Source of the DNA: a virus
Direction: 5' to 3' (one strand)
Virus record (IMG/VR): IMGVR_UViG_2843255297_000002
Span: 2,560 to 66,559 of that record
DNA: 64,000 bases
Positions 1-9,201 of this stretch are shown here, piece by piece. How positions within the stretch are numbered: position 1 is the stretch's first letter; each line of letters opens with the position of its first letter. The notes below the pieces were generated by a model. The model did no database searches. It saw only the letters and a program-made list of their open reading frames with translations, and had not been told where the DNA came from. The translations under genes and the position numbers were made by a program.

Positions 1-113
1 AACGCATTCAATTTCCGCAATTCTAACTCCCTTGTCTCTTCATCAATGTCGTTTTTATTTAAGTTAGATTGCGTTACCTTAACAGCTTCTTCAATCATCT
101 TTAAAGTCTTCAT
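1..113 (-). CDS. Hypothetical protein, 5' part only (runs off window); paralog of 116..898
   Basis: ATG at 113; translation MKTLKMIEEAVKVTQSNLNKNDIDEETRELELRKLNA resembles the N-terminus of the upstream ORF (VQGRLNSSELSEEVRELELSKLKA). Confidence 0.6.
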   Translation of the reverse strand, partial: MKTLKMIEEAVKVTQSNLNKNDIDEETRELELRKLNA

Positions 114-115
114 TA

Positions 116-898
116 TCACTCTCTCCTTTCACTACTTTTATCCAAAGTTTCTAAATCAGATTCAATAGCAAGAAGAACTATATCGAACTCAATCTGACTG
201 CTGTTATATAAACGAAATGCCTCTTTTGTAGTCGAAAATGCCTCGTCATCATGCTCTAAAATCCCACGTAGTATTACTCTCTTTACCTCGTCTTCTTGCC
301 CATATTTAGCACTCGTTCTATCATGGTTCGCTTGAAAGATTAAAAACTTCTCCTCTGGAGATAAATCTACTTTTGCTGTCAAATCTGATAAGATGTCTAT
401 TAGATACATTGGGTTCCTTAAACCGAAAGCACCCCCTCCATGCTTTTGAGTACAAAATGCTAACAAATCCACTAAATATGACCTTTTAATGTTCCTAAGA
501 CCAGAACTGATACGGAACTGCTTCATTACCCCTTTCAATTCCTCATGAGAACTACTATTTACAATCGAATCAATAGTGCTCTCTCCTACTTTCCTTTCTA
601 TTTCAGCATTAAACCTGTTATTAGAAGCCCTTACTGCATCTTTAGACATGTTTAAAGGTTCCTTTAACCTACCTGCCCATAAATTGTATTTCTTCGTTAA
701 ATCATCGCTAGGCTCATGCCAGAGCAAATAATTTTCGATGTAATAAAATACTTCTGTTAACGCTTTTAGCTTGCTCAATTCTAGTTCTCTTACCTCTTCA
801 CTTAATTCACTCGAATTAAGCCTGCCTTGCACCTTTTTTAACGCTGCACCTAATTTCTGCCATAACATCATCATCTGCACCAACTCCTTTCTTAGCAA
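116..898 (-). CDS. Hypothetical protein (260 aa)
   Basis: Long ORF with AGGAG SD before the ATGs near 872; no recognisable motif. Confidence 0.7.
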   Translation of the reverse strand: MLRKELVQMMMLWQKLGAALKKVQGRLNSSELSEEVRELELSKLKALTEVFYYIENYLLWHEPSDDLTKKYNLWAGRLKEPLNMSKDAVRASNNRFNAEIERKVGESTIDSIVNSSSHEELKGVMKQFRISSGLRNIKRSYLVDLLAFCTQKHGGGAFGLRNPMYLIDILSDLTAKVDLSPEEKFLIFQANHDRTSAKYGQEDEVKRVILRGILEHDDEAFSTTKEAFRLYNSSQIEFDIVLLAIESDLETLDKSSERRE

Positions 899-1520
899 AT
901 TACAAAACTCTAAATAGCTAAATAATTTAATCCCATTAAAACAACTAAAATAATACTTCTTTTCACCTCTTTTATAGGAATTGATGGAATTTAGGAAAAA
1001 TAAGTGACTTATTCTTCGGATTTGATTTGTTTTTATTCCTGCAAAAATTCCGTAAACCTAGTGATAAGCAAATTTAAGAAAAAATGAAAGATAGACCAAA
1101 CCTTTTCCTCAACAAAATCCCCAGAATTAAATCCTAAGTACTGTATTTTATCTGCACCGCATACTCTTGAAATTCGAACCTTCTCCATTCAAAATTCAAA
1201 TTATTTCTTAATCGAATATTTAAGACTGTTGCTAATAATTAAGCGCAGTCTTATACAAGCCTAAATATCGAAAGAAATTATGTATTTGTGCTTATAAAAT
1301 AGATTAAGTAAAGCTAAATCAACGTTTTTAAACGTTTACGTTCCATCTCAACTCCATACGGTTATGAAAAGTTGGAATAGATGAGAAAATCCACTAAAAT
1401 CAAATGACTGTTCAAGCATTTTCTATTAAAAGGGGATAATTTAGCATAATAGAGGTTTTTTATATTTTTAGGGGAACTCTCGCTTTTTGAAGGATTATCG
1501 GTGACATAGACGCACTCTCG

Positions 1521-1860
1521 TTTTATAAAAATGTCTGGAGTTTTATAAAATTTGTCTCCTCCCTGTTCAGTTTTTTATAAAAATGTCGCCTCTTTTATAA
1601 AACTTGTTCCCTCCTTGTTTGGTTTTTATAAAAATCTCTCCACTTTTATAAAACTTGTCACTCGACTGTTCAATTTTTTATAAAAATGTCTTCCCTTTTA
1701 TAAAACTTACTCTCTCCCAGTTCGGTTTTTTATAAAAATCTCTTCCTTTTTATAAAACCTACTCTCCCACAGTTCGATTTTTTATAAAAATGTCTGAACC
1801 GTTATAAAACATTCTGCTCGGTTGTTCGATTTTTTATAAAAATATCCGGCTTTTTATAAT
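1521..1860. repeat. Array of 14 TTTTATAAAA palindromes, ~52-bp unit
   Basis: Starts at 1521,1541,1573,1593,1624,1644,1676,1696,1728,1748,1780,1800,1832,1852 (1800 and 1852 are degenerate); spacing alternates 20 and 31-32 bp. Confidence 0.95.
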
Positions 1861-2061
1861 TCGTTTGACTGCCTCACGTTCCCTGAAACAAAAATAACTC
1901 TGCCAGTAAAAAGTCGTACCCCCATAGCGAGGGGATCACTTACTATTTACCAGTAGAGCTATCACGTACTTTTATTTACACTTTGTGGTGTTTTTACTGA
2001 AAGTCGTTTGTTATTAACCAAATTTATACTTTTTATCATACAAAATCTGTACTTTTAAACA

Positions 2062-2331
2062 TCAATATTCACTCGGCAACATGAACGTATAGTATTTCAT
2101 ACCATCTTGTTCTTCATACACCGCCCAAACAACTTCATCAAACAAAACCTTTTCTATCACCATTAGCAACCTTCCGTTCCCATCTTCTACTATTGTCAAA
2201 TCACCTTCTGTTCTTTTAAACACTAAAAAATCTTCCCTGCCCATGAAGTTTCGAATTACAAGCGATATTACTAAATCCCAATCGTAACATCCTAACTCTT
2301 TTATACCAACCGTTTGAAAGATTTTTACCAA
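2062..2331 (-). CDS. Small hypothetical protein
   Basis: GGAGGAGGGG SD before TTG start; C-terminal TFMLPSEY of a kind seen in small mobile-element proteins. Confidence 0.7.
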   Translation of the reverse strand: MVKIFQTVGIKELGCYDWDLVISLVIRNFMGREDFLVFKRTEGDLTIVEDGNGRLLMVIEKVLFDEVVWAVYEEQDGMKYYTFMLPSEY

Positions 2332-2490
2332 GACGACCCCTCCTCCCTTAAAGTGTTTGATATGTTACCTCGTTAATGACACCAAAGCAACTTTTATTAC
2401 GAAAAAATGACTTTTTACTTTCTAAACGAGATAAAATATACGACTGCCGATCCTTAACTGTCAAAATTTTTAATCCATACCCTAAACAAT

Positions 2491-2529
2491 AAAGCGAGGT
2501 TCCAGATTTACCAATCTGCACCTCGCTTT
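2491..2529 (-). terminator. Intrinsic terminator downstream of the HNH gene
   Basis: AAAGCGAGGT..CAGATT/AATCTG..ACCTCGCTTT hairpin with a T-rich tail on the minus strand. Confidence 0.6.
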
Positions 2530-2654
2530 GCGTTCACCGCTACTCGATTTACCCAATTACTAAATTTACCCATAATATACTCCCTTAACTAATTACTTTT
2601 TACACTTAACCATCAGAATACCTTTTACACAACCACTTCTTGTCTACTTAACCT

Positions 2655-3449
2655 TTAACTAGCTTTTACCTTTTTAGCTTTATTTGCTAAATGACCTACA
2701 CCAAGCGATGATAAAGTCTCCTGAATCTTTTGCTTAATTAGCTTACGAAAGATAGTTGCATGTTCTTTATTTTCATCCTTGTGTACTATTTCTAAGTTCT
2801 CAGGTCGATTATCATCATTGTCTAGATTTCTATGATTAATTTCATAATCAGAATACTCACCCAAAGCTAACTCTATCGCATATTGCCCGAAATATAACGC
2901 TGCTATAATTTGATGGTTTTTATAAGCAATTTTTCTATATCTTAAACTGTTTTTAAGATATAAAATCCCTTTACAAGATTTATCACTTAAAGTCTGCTTA
3001 TTTTCCATTAACCAATCTCTAGAAGATGTTAAAAATCTCTTACCGTCATAAACCATCTTCTCTTCACCAGTGAGATATTTTGTTAAAAAGATTCTATCGC
3101 CCTTTACCCCATATTTATAAACTTTATTGTTATAATGATACACTTCACCCGTTTTCCGATTCACAAAGATGCTATACTCGTCTAATGTAGTATGATGGAT
3201 GCCATCAAATACCTTTACCTTGTTTTTACGCATCACACCTGCTCCTATTTGCTTGTCATCCCAATAAGGCTTTATCTCTACATCATTACTATCCTCATCA
3301 ACAATAGGAACCCACTTTTTCCAATGTTTTTCTACTTCTTCATCAGTAAACGAAACAAATAAGTCATATACTGTACCGTTCGGGAAATCAAAAACTCTGT
3401 ATATCATACTATATTCACCCCTATAAGTTTTTTGTGCTACGCCCAACAA
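2655..3449 (-). CDS. HNH endonuclease-domain protein
   Basis: C-terminal HQIIA...EINHRNLDNDDNRPENLEIVHKDENKEH is an HNH_3-type motif; true start may be the internal ATG (MIYRV). Confidence 0.75.
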   Translation of the reverse strand: MLGVAQKTYRGEYSMIYRVFDFPNGTVYDLFVSFTDEEVEKHWKKWVPIVDEDSNDVEIKPYWDDKQIGAGVMRKNKVKVFDGIHHTTLDEYSIFVNRKTGEVYHYNNKVYKYGVKGDRIFLTKYLTGEEKMVYDGKRFLTSSRDWLMENKQTLSDKSCKGILYLKNSLRYRKIAYKNHQIIAALYFGQYAIELALGEYSDYEINHRNLDNDDNRPENLEIVHKDENKEHATIFRKLIKQKIQETLSSLGVGHLANKAKKVKAS

Positions 3450-4096
3450 CGATTTTCGTAGTGAGCCATTAATACTTCTAACTGTGGCTCGGATAACTTA
3501 CGGTCTTGTTCCCACATTACCATTACAATCTCTTTGATTTTATCTTTTAGACCTAATGCCTTTACTAAAGTTTCATTTTCCAGTATTTTCTTTAATAAGT
3601 CACCAAAGCCAAACTCATCTTTCAATTTTGCTAAACGGTTTATAGCTACTTTGTTATTCATTAACGCTTGTCTGATTACATTGCGAATATTTACACCTTT
3701 TTCTATTGCAATTAATTCCTCTAACTCTTCAAACTCTCTTACAGCTCTATCCATATCAAGGTCTATATCGTCTATTAAACTATCAACATCTAAACCCAAT
3801 TTTTCATCAGCTATATACTCTAGACTAATTCCTTTATAGCCACTTTCAAGTTCCTCTTCACCAATCAGTAAACAGATTTCTTTTTTCCTAGATAACATCA
3901 TTTTTGTATTACGCTCACAACTGTAAGCAAAGGCTCCTAAACTGTTTTCCTCAGGTAAATTACCCCTAAGAGTATTTAATTGACGAAGATAAAATACACC
4001 TGCCCATTCACGCTCTCTACTAGTTGTCGGTGTTCCTACTTCTAACATCACCTCAAACATCTCTTGGCTCGTAGGGTTTATCGAAAATGTTAACAT
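3437..4096 (-). CDS. Hypothetical protein (219 aa)
   Basis: GGAGG SD and ATG; no motif recognised. Confidence 0.7.
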   Translation of the reverse strand: MLTFSINPTSQEMFEVMLEVGTPTTSREREWAGVFYLRQLNTLRGNLPEENSLGAFAYSCERNTKMMLSRKKEICLLIGEEELESGYKGISLEYIADEKLGLDVDSLIDDIDLDMDRAVREFEELEELIAIEKGVNIRNVIRQALMNNKVAINRLAKLKDEFGFGDLLKKILENETLVKALGLKDKIKEIVMVMWEQDRKLSEPQLEVLMAHYENRCWA

Positions 4097-4115
4097 TTCT
4101 CTCTACCTCCAATCT

Positions 4116-4646
4116 TTAATCAAATATTTTCACATAGTTATAAAACGTATGTTGCTGAATTCTTAACTCCTCAGCTATCTCTCTAACCGTCTTTTCCCCT
4201 GCTTTATACTTTAAGAAAGCTTCGTAAAACCCCTCTGGATAACCACTGCTAGGTCTGCCTGTTCTTTTCGACTTACGGAAACGTTCCTCTTCTACCAACT
4301 TATCATTGAATTTCATTGCCTTTTCTAAAATCTCCAACCCCTCTTTAGAAGTAAATGACTCCTCATCATACGTCTTATTTAAAATCTCCAACTCAACGCC
4401 TTTCTTTCTTAAAGACTTTACAAACTCGCAAACCTCATATAACGAATTGCAAATATTACCTAAACTACTGATGACTAATGTGTCGCCACTTCTTAATTGA
4501 CCCATCATCTTTTCATACTGCTTTAAATCCGTGAATCCATTCGGTGCTACCAAGTCGACATACAATTTATCTGGTAACGCTACACCTTCAAAGTTTAATA
4601 ACTCCTGATACTTTTTAGCCCTGATATAACCTACTCGCTTACCCAT
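4116..4646 (-). CDS. Serine recombinase (resolvase/invertase)-like protein with C-terminal HTH; catalytic Ser not evident
   Basis: GYIR N-terminus, LRSGDTLVISSL, KKGVELEIL, TGRP arm and HTH; SD GAGGGGG before ATG 4646. Confidence 0.75.
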   Translation of the reverse strand: MGKRVGYIRAKKYQELLNFEGVALPDKLYVDLVAPNGFTDLKQYEKMMGQLRSGDTLVISSLGNICNSLYEVCEFVKSLRKKGVELEILNKTYDEESFTSKEGLEILEKAMKFNDKLVEEERFRKSKRTGRPSSGYPEGFYEAFLKYKAGEKTVREIAEELRIQQHTFYNYVKIFD

Positions 4647-4666
4647 TGTTATGAACCCCCTCACTT

Positions 4667-4849
4667 TTAAAATCCAACTGCTGCTCCTAACCCAATTAGC
4701 ATACTGCACATCGCCATTAAGCTGATACACGATGCGATCCTCGATACTCGCGAAGAATCTGAATCAAAAAAAGTATGCAATAACGGTATTGCTACGAATA
4801 TTGACACCGCTGTTAAGAAATAGAACATTGCCGATAGGAAATTTGCCAT
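4667..4849 (-). CDS. Small two-helix membrane protein
   Basis: AGGAGG SD; two hydrophobic segments. Confidence 0.6.
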   Translation of the reverse strand: MANFLSAMFYFLTAVSIFVAIPLLHTFFDSDSSRVSRIASCISLMAMCSMLIGLGAAVGF

Positions 4850-5065
4850 TGCTAACAGCCTCCTATTCTTTTTTTAATTTTTTACTCTTTTAGTATTTAT
4901 TACCTATACGTTGTTTGAAGTATAGCATGACGTTACAAACGTAGGCAATACTTTTGTAAAAGTTTTTATTAATTTTATAGAAATTTTTTATCCCCTTAAA
5001 ACCCTTGATAATACTGACTTTTAAAGGCGACCCCCTAAACCAAACGAGAGCCATTTTTTGACCGA

Positions 5066-5280
5066 TTTTGAGCGAGAAAATTTCATTCGAAGGGTTGAAT
5101 AGCCCCCAAACACTAAAAAACGATTTTGGGCGATTTTTGAACCAGAGGTTTTATTTTTTAAAAGAGTTGAAATAAAAATACCCCTACAAGCGATTGTAAG
5201 GGGGTTTTTGAACGAGATTTTTTCATTTTAAGGGTTGAATACTGGAAAACGGCTAAAAACGATTGTAGGCGATTTTTGAA
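5066..5280. repeat. Degenerate ~75-bp direct repeat (5066-5141 and 5206-5280)
   Basis: Shared TTTTGARCGAG..TTTCATT..AAGGGTTGAATA..CGATT.T.GGCGATTTTTGAA, offset 140 bp. Confidence 0.75.
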
Positions 5281-5425
5281 AGAAATAATGATAAAAAACT
5301 TGGACTTAAAACTGATTAAAAAGCCAAAAGATGCATCTATCTTTCTTTTACTCTCAAATTTCTCTCATTGTCGCTACTAGAATGCAAGAATAAGAGTAAA
5401 AAAGTCCCTACAAAATGGCAAGGAT

Positions 5426-5707
5426 TTAATTCAATGCTAATAATTGCTCCATCTCTTTTAACAATTTCTCTGCACCCTCACGACTTAAAATGATTTTACC
5501 GTCTGCCAACTTGAAATTGTCATTAGATACTTCTCCCGTTACCATGCAAGCCATGTCTGGTTTGTATTTTTGTAGAACGATACAATCTTCGTCTAAAAAG
5601 ATTTCCAACGAATCTTTGATGTTAATATCAAGTGTACGACGTAATTCCATAGGTATTACAATACGACCAATCTGATCTAATTTACGAACAATACCTGTTG
5701 CTTTCAT
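5426..5707 (-). CDS. AbrB/Abh-family transition-state regulator
   Basis: MKATGIVRKLDQIGRIVIPMELRRTLDI...LQKYKPDMACMVTGEVS closely follows the AbrB pattern. Confidence 0.92.
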   Translation of the reverse strand: MKATGIVRKLDQIGRIVIPMELRRTLDINIKDSLEIFLDEDCIVLQKYKPDMACMVTGEVSNDNFKLADGKIILSREGAEKLLKEMEQLLALN

Positions 5708-6018
5708 TTACACACCTCCAATTTATCCTATTTTTTGTAATAAATTTTACAATTTTCTTGATAAACAAACAATATTTATATTTTATAGAAAACAGTTATC
5801 AAATGTTTCGACCTAGTTTGTGGTGCGTAGGTTTTTAAATTCCGCCCTTGGGCATAGTTGTTCCAGAACCCCCCACAACAAAAACACTATGCTTTACTTG
5901 TTTTTACTAGTTTGAACGCCTCTACTCTTACCTTTTTATCATAAGTCGACTATTATCTGCATATTTCGACAAACAAAAGAAGGGACACTGTTCTTCTACA
6001 CAGTACCCCACACTACAC

Positions 6019-6954
6019 CTATTCAACGAACTCCTCCTCTACCAAATATGAAGATACCTCGAAATTGCACCAGATGTACTCCTTCTCCTTTTTACCTTTG
6101 CCAGAACTCGGTACAAGTACCTCACCCATGAAATACCGATGGAACCCATTCGCTTCAAGTCGCTCATAGATAGCATTTTTATAACCGCTTATAATAACCT
6201 TGTTCTTAGTGGTAAGTACCATATCAACTAACTTCTCATGGTCAGCGACCGTGAATTTATCGATGTAGCCTGTCGTTTCTTTTGTCTCTTTTGGCTCTTC
6301 TGGCTCTTTCATCTTTTTTCTCCTTCTTGTCTTTTTTCCTTCACCTTTTTCATCTGTCGTGATATATGGAGGATCTAGATACACTAACACATCTGATCGA
6401 TCCTTATACATGTTGAAGGGTACCTTATAATCTCCACAAATCAACTGTACTTCACTGTAGACCTCGTCTAAAAAATAGAACTTCTCCAAAGACTTGATCG
6501 GAATACCCCTATCTGCTTTTTCTTTACAAAACGTCTGCCTGTCTGCCGCCCTACTGTACTTCGCCACGATATACGTCAATGCACCTGAACGGATAAAATC
6601 CGTGTTCTTATCTCTTCTCTCGTCATTCGCCATGTTAAACAAATCCTCATCATTATACTCATCTGCCAATATCACTATGTGATTGATTAACTCGTCTATC
6701 GTGTACGCATTCTGCAAACAACGAAAGAAGTTTACTACACCTAAATCTATCTCATTCGCAATCTTGAACTCTAACTCTTTAACAATGTCTAGGTGCAAAA
6801 ATAATCTGTTTCCACCTGCAAAAAGGTCACTGATGCCGACTATCCCAAACTCTTCATGTGCAAATTCAATAATTCTGCAAATACGATCAATGATTTGAGA
6901 TTTCCCTCCCAATGTTGGGAGGGGATCTACTATTTTTCTACCGTAAAGAACCAT
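6019..6954 (-). CDS. DNA adenine methyltransferase (Dam/D12-like)
   Basis: GGKS, DLFAGG (motif I), NEID, YLDPPY (motif IV), IISGY, EYIWCNF. Confidence 0.88.
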   Translation of the reverse strand: MVLYGRKIVDPLPTLGGKSQIIDRICRIIEFAHEEFGIVGISDLFAGGNRLFLHLDIVKELEFKIANEIDLGVVNFFRCLQNAYTIDELINHIVILADEYNDEDLFNMANDERRDKNTDFIRSGALTYIVAKYSRAADRQTFCKEKADRGIPIKSLEKFYFLDEVYSEVQLICGDYKVPFNMYKDRSDVLVYLDPPYITTDEKGEGKKTRRRKKMKEPEEPKETKETTGYIDKFTVADHEKLVDMVLTTKNKVIISGYKNAIYERLEANGFHRYFMGEVLVPSSGKGKKEKEYIWCNFEVSSYLVEEEFVE

Positions 6955-6958
6955 GTCA

Positions 6959-7735
6959 TTACCCCCTAGGCAAGAAATTGAACTGATATGCCGAAATCTC
7001 TACCTTCTCTGCTACTGTGATGTTCTTACTCAATCTCGGTCTGTCTTTACCACCAATGTCGTCTAGATCTCCCTCGATTACACCTCTCTTTATAAGCTCC
7101 TCAATGATTTCTCTATACAACTTGTCATCTTTAACACCAATCCAATTTCTCAATATCCCTGCTCGAATCGCTACTGGATGGCGATAACCTTTATAATTCT
7201 TTTTGTGGTCTAATATCGCACCATAACTGTCCTCACTGTCAAATTCATCACTCGTCTTAGTAGGGAATCGCCAAGCATTGTTTTCTATCTCCCTCTCAAT
7301 CTTTGATATAATCTCGTCTATATTAACCCAATATGGTAAAGGACTTGCTGCTTTCTTAAATTCGTACATGTCTTCCACTTCTTCGATAGGTACCCCATCT
7401 TCATCGATTACATCGGATATAAATAAACTTACCGCAACTAAATAACTCTGCTCGATCTTCCCAATACGCCCAAGCTTCCGCAAATTGTCTTGCATTAAAC
7501 GCTTGTCCTCTAAATCTTCTTTCATGATCACTACCGATTGCACTATGTTCTTCGGATTCTTCGCTGTGCTCGTGAATCTTACAGCATAATAATAGTTACC
7601 ATCTTCTGAACTCTGTCCCCATAACAAGTCTATCTCCCAATTTTTGTTAAATTCTTCCGATACACGTTTTGACACATAAGTCGATGGTAAGATTAAACCT
7701 TTACCTTGATTCGCGTTAATTACACATTTTACCAT
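6959..7735 (-). CDS. Hypothetical protein (258 aa), upstream of and co-oriented with the methylase
   Basis: ORF with GGGGG SD; lies next to iteron-like repeats. Confidence 0.7.
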   Translation of the reverse strand: MVKCVINANQGKGLILPSTYVSKRVSEEFNKNWEIDLLWGQSSEDGNYYYAVRFTSTAKNPKNIVQSVVIMKEDLEDKRLMQDNLRKLGRIGKIEQSYLVAVSLFISDVIDEDGVPIEEVEDMYEFKKAASPLPYWVNIDEIISKIEREIENNAWRFPTKTSDEFDSEDSYGAILDHKKNYKGYRHPVAIRAGILRNWIGVKDDKLYREIIEELIKRGVIEGDLDDIGGKDRPRLSKNITVAEKVEISAYQFNFLPRG

Positions 7736-7859
7736 AATTTTTTTACCCCCAACGTATAGATTTTTTAAGTTTTAACACTTACATTGGGCATCTCTTGAAA
7801 AAAGTCTTGATTTTCATCTCTATACCTGAAGAAAATAAAAATATCTTAAAAAATTTTTT

Positions 7860-7973
7860 CTATGTGTTGTGAATATTTTCTATGTCTTGCACCATTTTTG
7901 CTATGTACTGCATTCTGCTTTCTTTGTCTTGTATTTCAAATTTCTATGTCCTGCTCTTCATGTTATAGTCCTG
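7860..7973. repeat. Iteron-like CTATGTC(T/C)TG repeats, ~21-bp period
   Basis: Copies at 7860, 7880, 7901, 7922, 7944 and a degenerate one at ~7964. Confidence 0.7.
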
Positions 7974-8654
7974 TGACCGACTTTTAAAATGACCTCATCT
8001 CAATGCCATTGATTAATCATCTAACAATCTGCATGGGTAGGGTGCGCGGTTTGCTCGGTTTGAACCTATTGTCTGGGATTGAGCGAATTGATGTGTTATT
8101 TGGGATTTAATGAAGTTGCTCGATGCGGAAATGTGCTCAAAATGGTCGTTGTCGAGTAATCGCTCGAAATGACTTGGGTTGAAAAATGTGCGAATAAAAC
8201 ACACATGAAAGTCTCATTTCTCATGCGTGAACGAAATTTATCATCGACACAAACACAAAATGCTCAAATTGACCTTAGTTCAAGATTGCTCGAATTGATT
8301 TGAGTTTGTGTTTTTGATTGATTGTTCTGTTGTTTGGTTTGGTCTCGTTTTTGAGCAGACTTTCCCTACTTATTATGTTTTCGCTCGAAGTACAACTGTT
8401 AAATTTATTTTTTCTCTGGTCTTATGTAGAGATTTTTAAAATGACTTATGAGGGTTCATATGAACTTGTGATGAAAATTTTAAAATTTGTTTTAAACCTT
8501 TAAAAATTTATCAGGAACAGGATTTTTTAATGTCCCAAATACCTTTTCATTAAATAAGGAACTAAAAATTACTATTTTTATTTCCTAGAGCCGGTAAAAT
8601 ATCTACCAAACAAAAAGAAGGTGACGTTTTTATCGTCACCTCCTCCCTAAAAAT

Positions 8655-8990
8655 TTATTCTATTAAATCCCGTGAAAACTGCTTGTACTTCTTTACTATT
8701 GTATGAACTTCTGATACGTTAGAAAACAACTCAACATGAATACTGTCAAGTACATTCGCTACTCTATACACTACCACGTCTACAGGCAAATCACGCTGTT
8801 TGAACCAATTATCAATTTCTTCAAACATTTGTTCCAGTAACTTAAATTGTTCTTGACTAAAATCCCAAGGGTCTAAATCATAGAAATATCCCTCACTCTC
8901 ATTCACTTCAGGAACTACCTCTGCTGCCCAAGGGAAACGCTTTATTAACACTTCCCTCGATAATTTAACCATTTTACCACCTCGTTCCAT
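8655..8990 (-). CDS. Hypothetical protein
   Basis: GAGGTGG SD before an internal ATG (MVKLS); terminator-like hairpin at 8616-8644. Confidence 0.7.
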   Translation of the reverse strand: MERGGKMVKLSREVLIKRFPWAAEVVPEVNESEGYFYDLDPWDFSQEQFKLLEQMFEEIDNWFKQRDLPVDVVVYRVANVLDSIHVELFSNVSEVHTIVKKYKQFSRDLIE

Positions 8991-9046
8991 TAGATTATTA
9001 AATTTATTCTGTTCTACTTTAACTCTGAATAATTAGTTAATAAAGA

Positions 9047-9072
9047 AAAAAGATGCCGTTTTCGGCATCTTT
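9047..9072. terminator. Bidirectional-looking intrinsic terminator
   Basis: AAAAGATGCCG TTTT CGGCATCTTTT. Confidence 0.7.
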
Positions 9073-9201
9073 TCATAACTTTAATTATGGTACTTTTAAC
9101 AAGCTAGTGCATTGCATGACTTATAGCATCAACAATGAAATTCGCTATATACACTATATTCTTGAGCTATCAAAGGTAATTTTTTCAACTATTAAAACTG
9201 A

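Noticed and set aside
1521..1860. CRISPR or TIGR-type guide array
   Set aside because: Linkers are only ~8-15 nt and resemble each other, repeats are degenerate, no box C/D motifs, and no cas or Nop-domain gene is recognisable nearby
5810..5895. oriT-like sequence (AAATTCCGCCCT, ACCCCCCAC)
   Set aside because: Only a loose resemblance to MOBQ/ICEBs1 nic sites and no relaxase in the window
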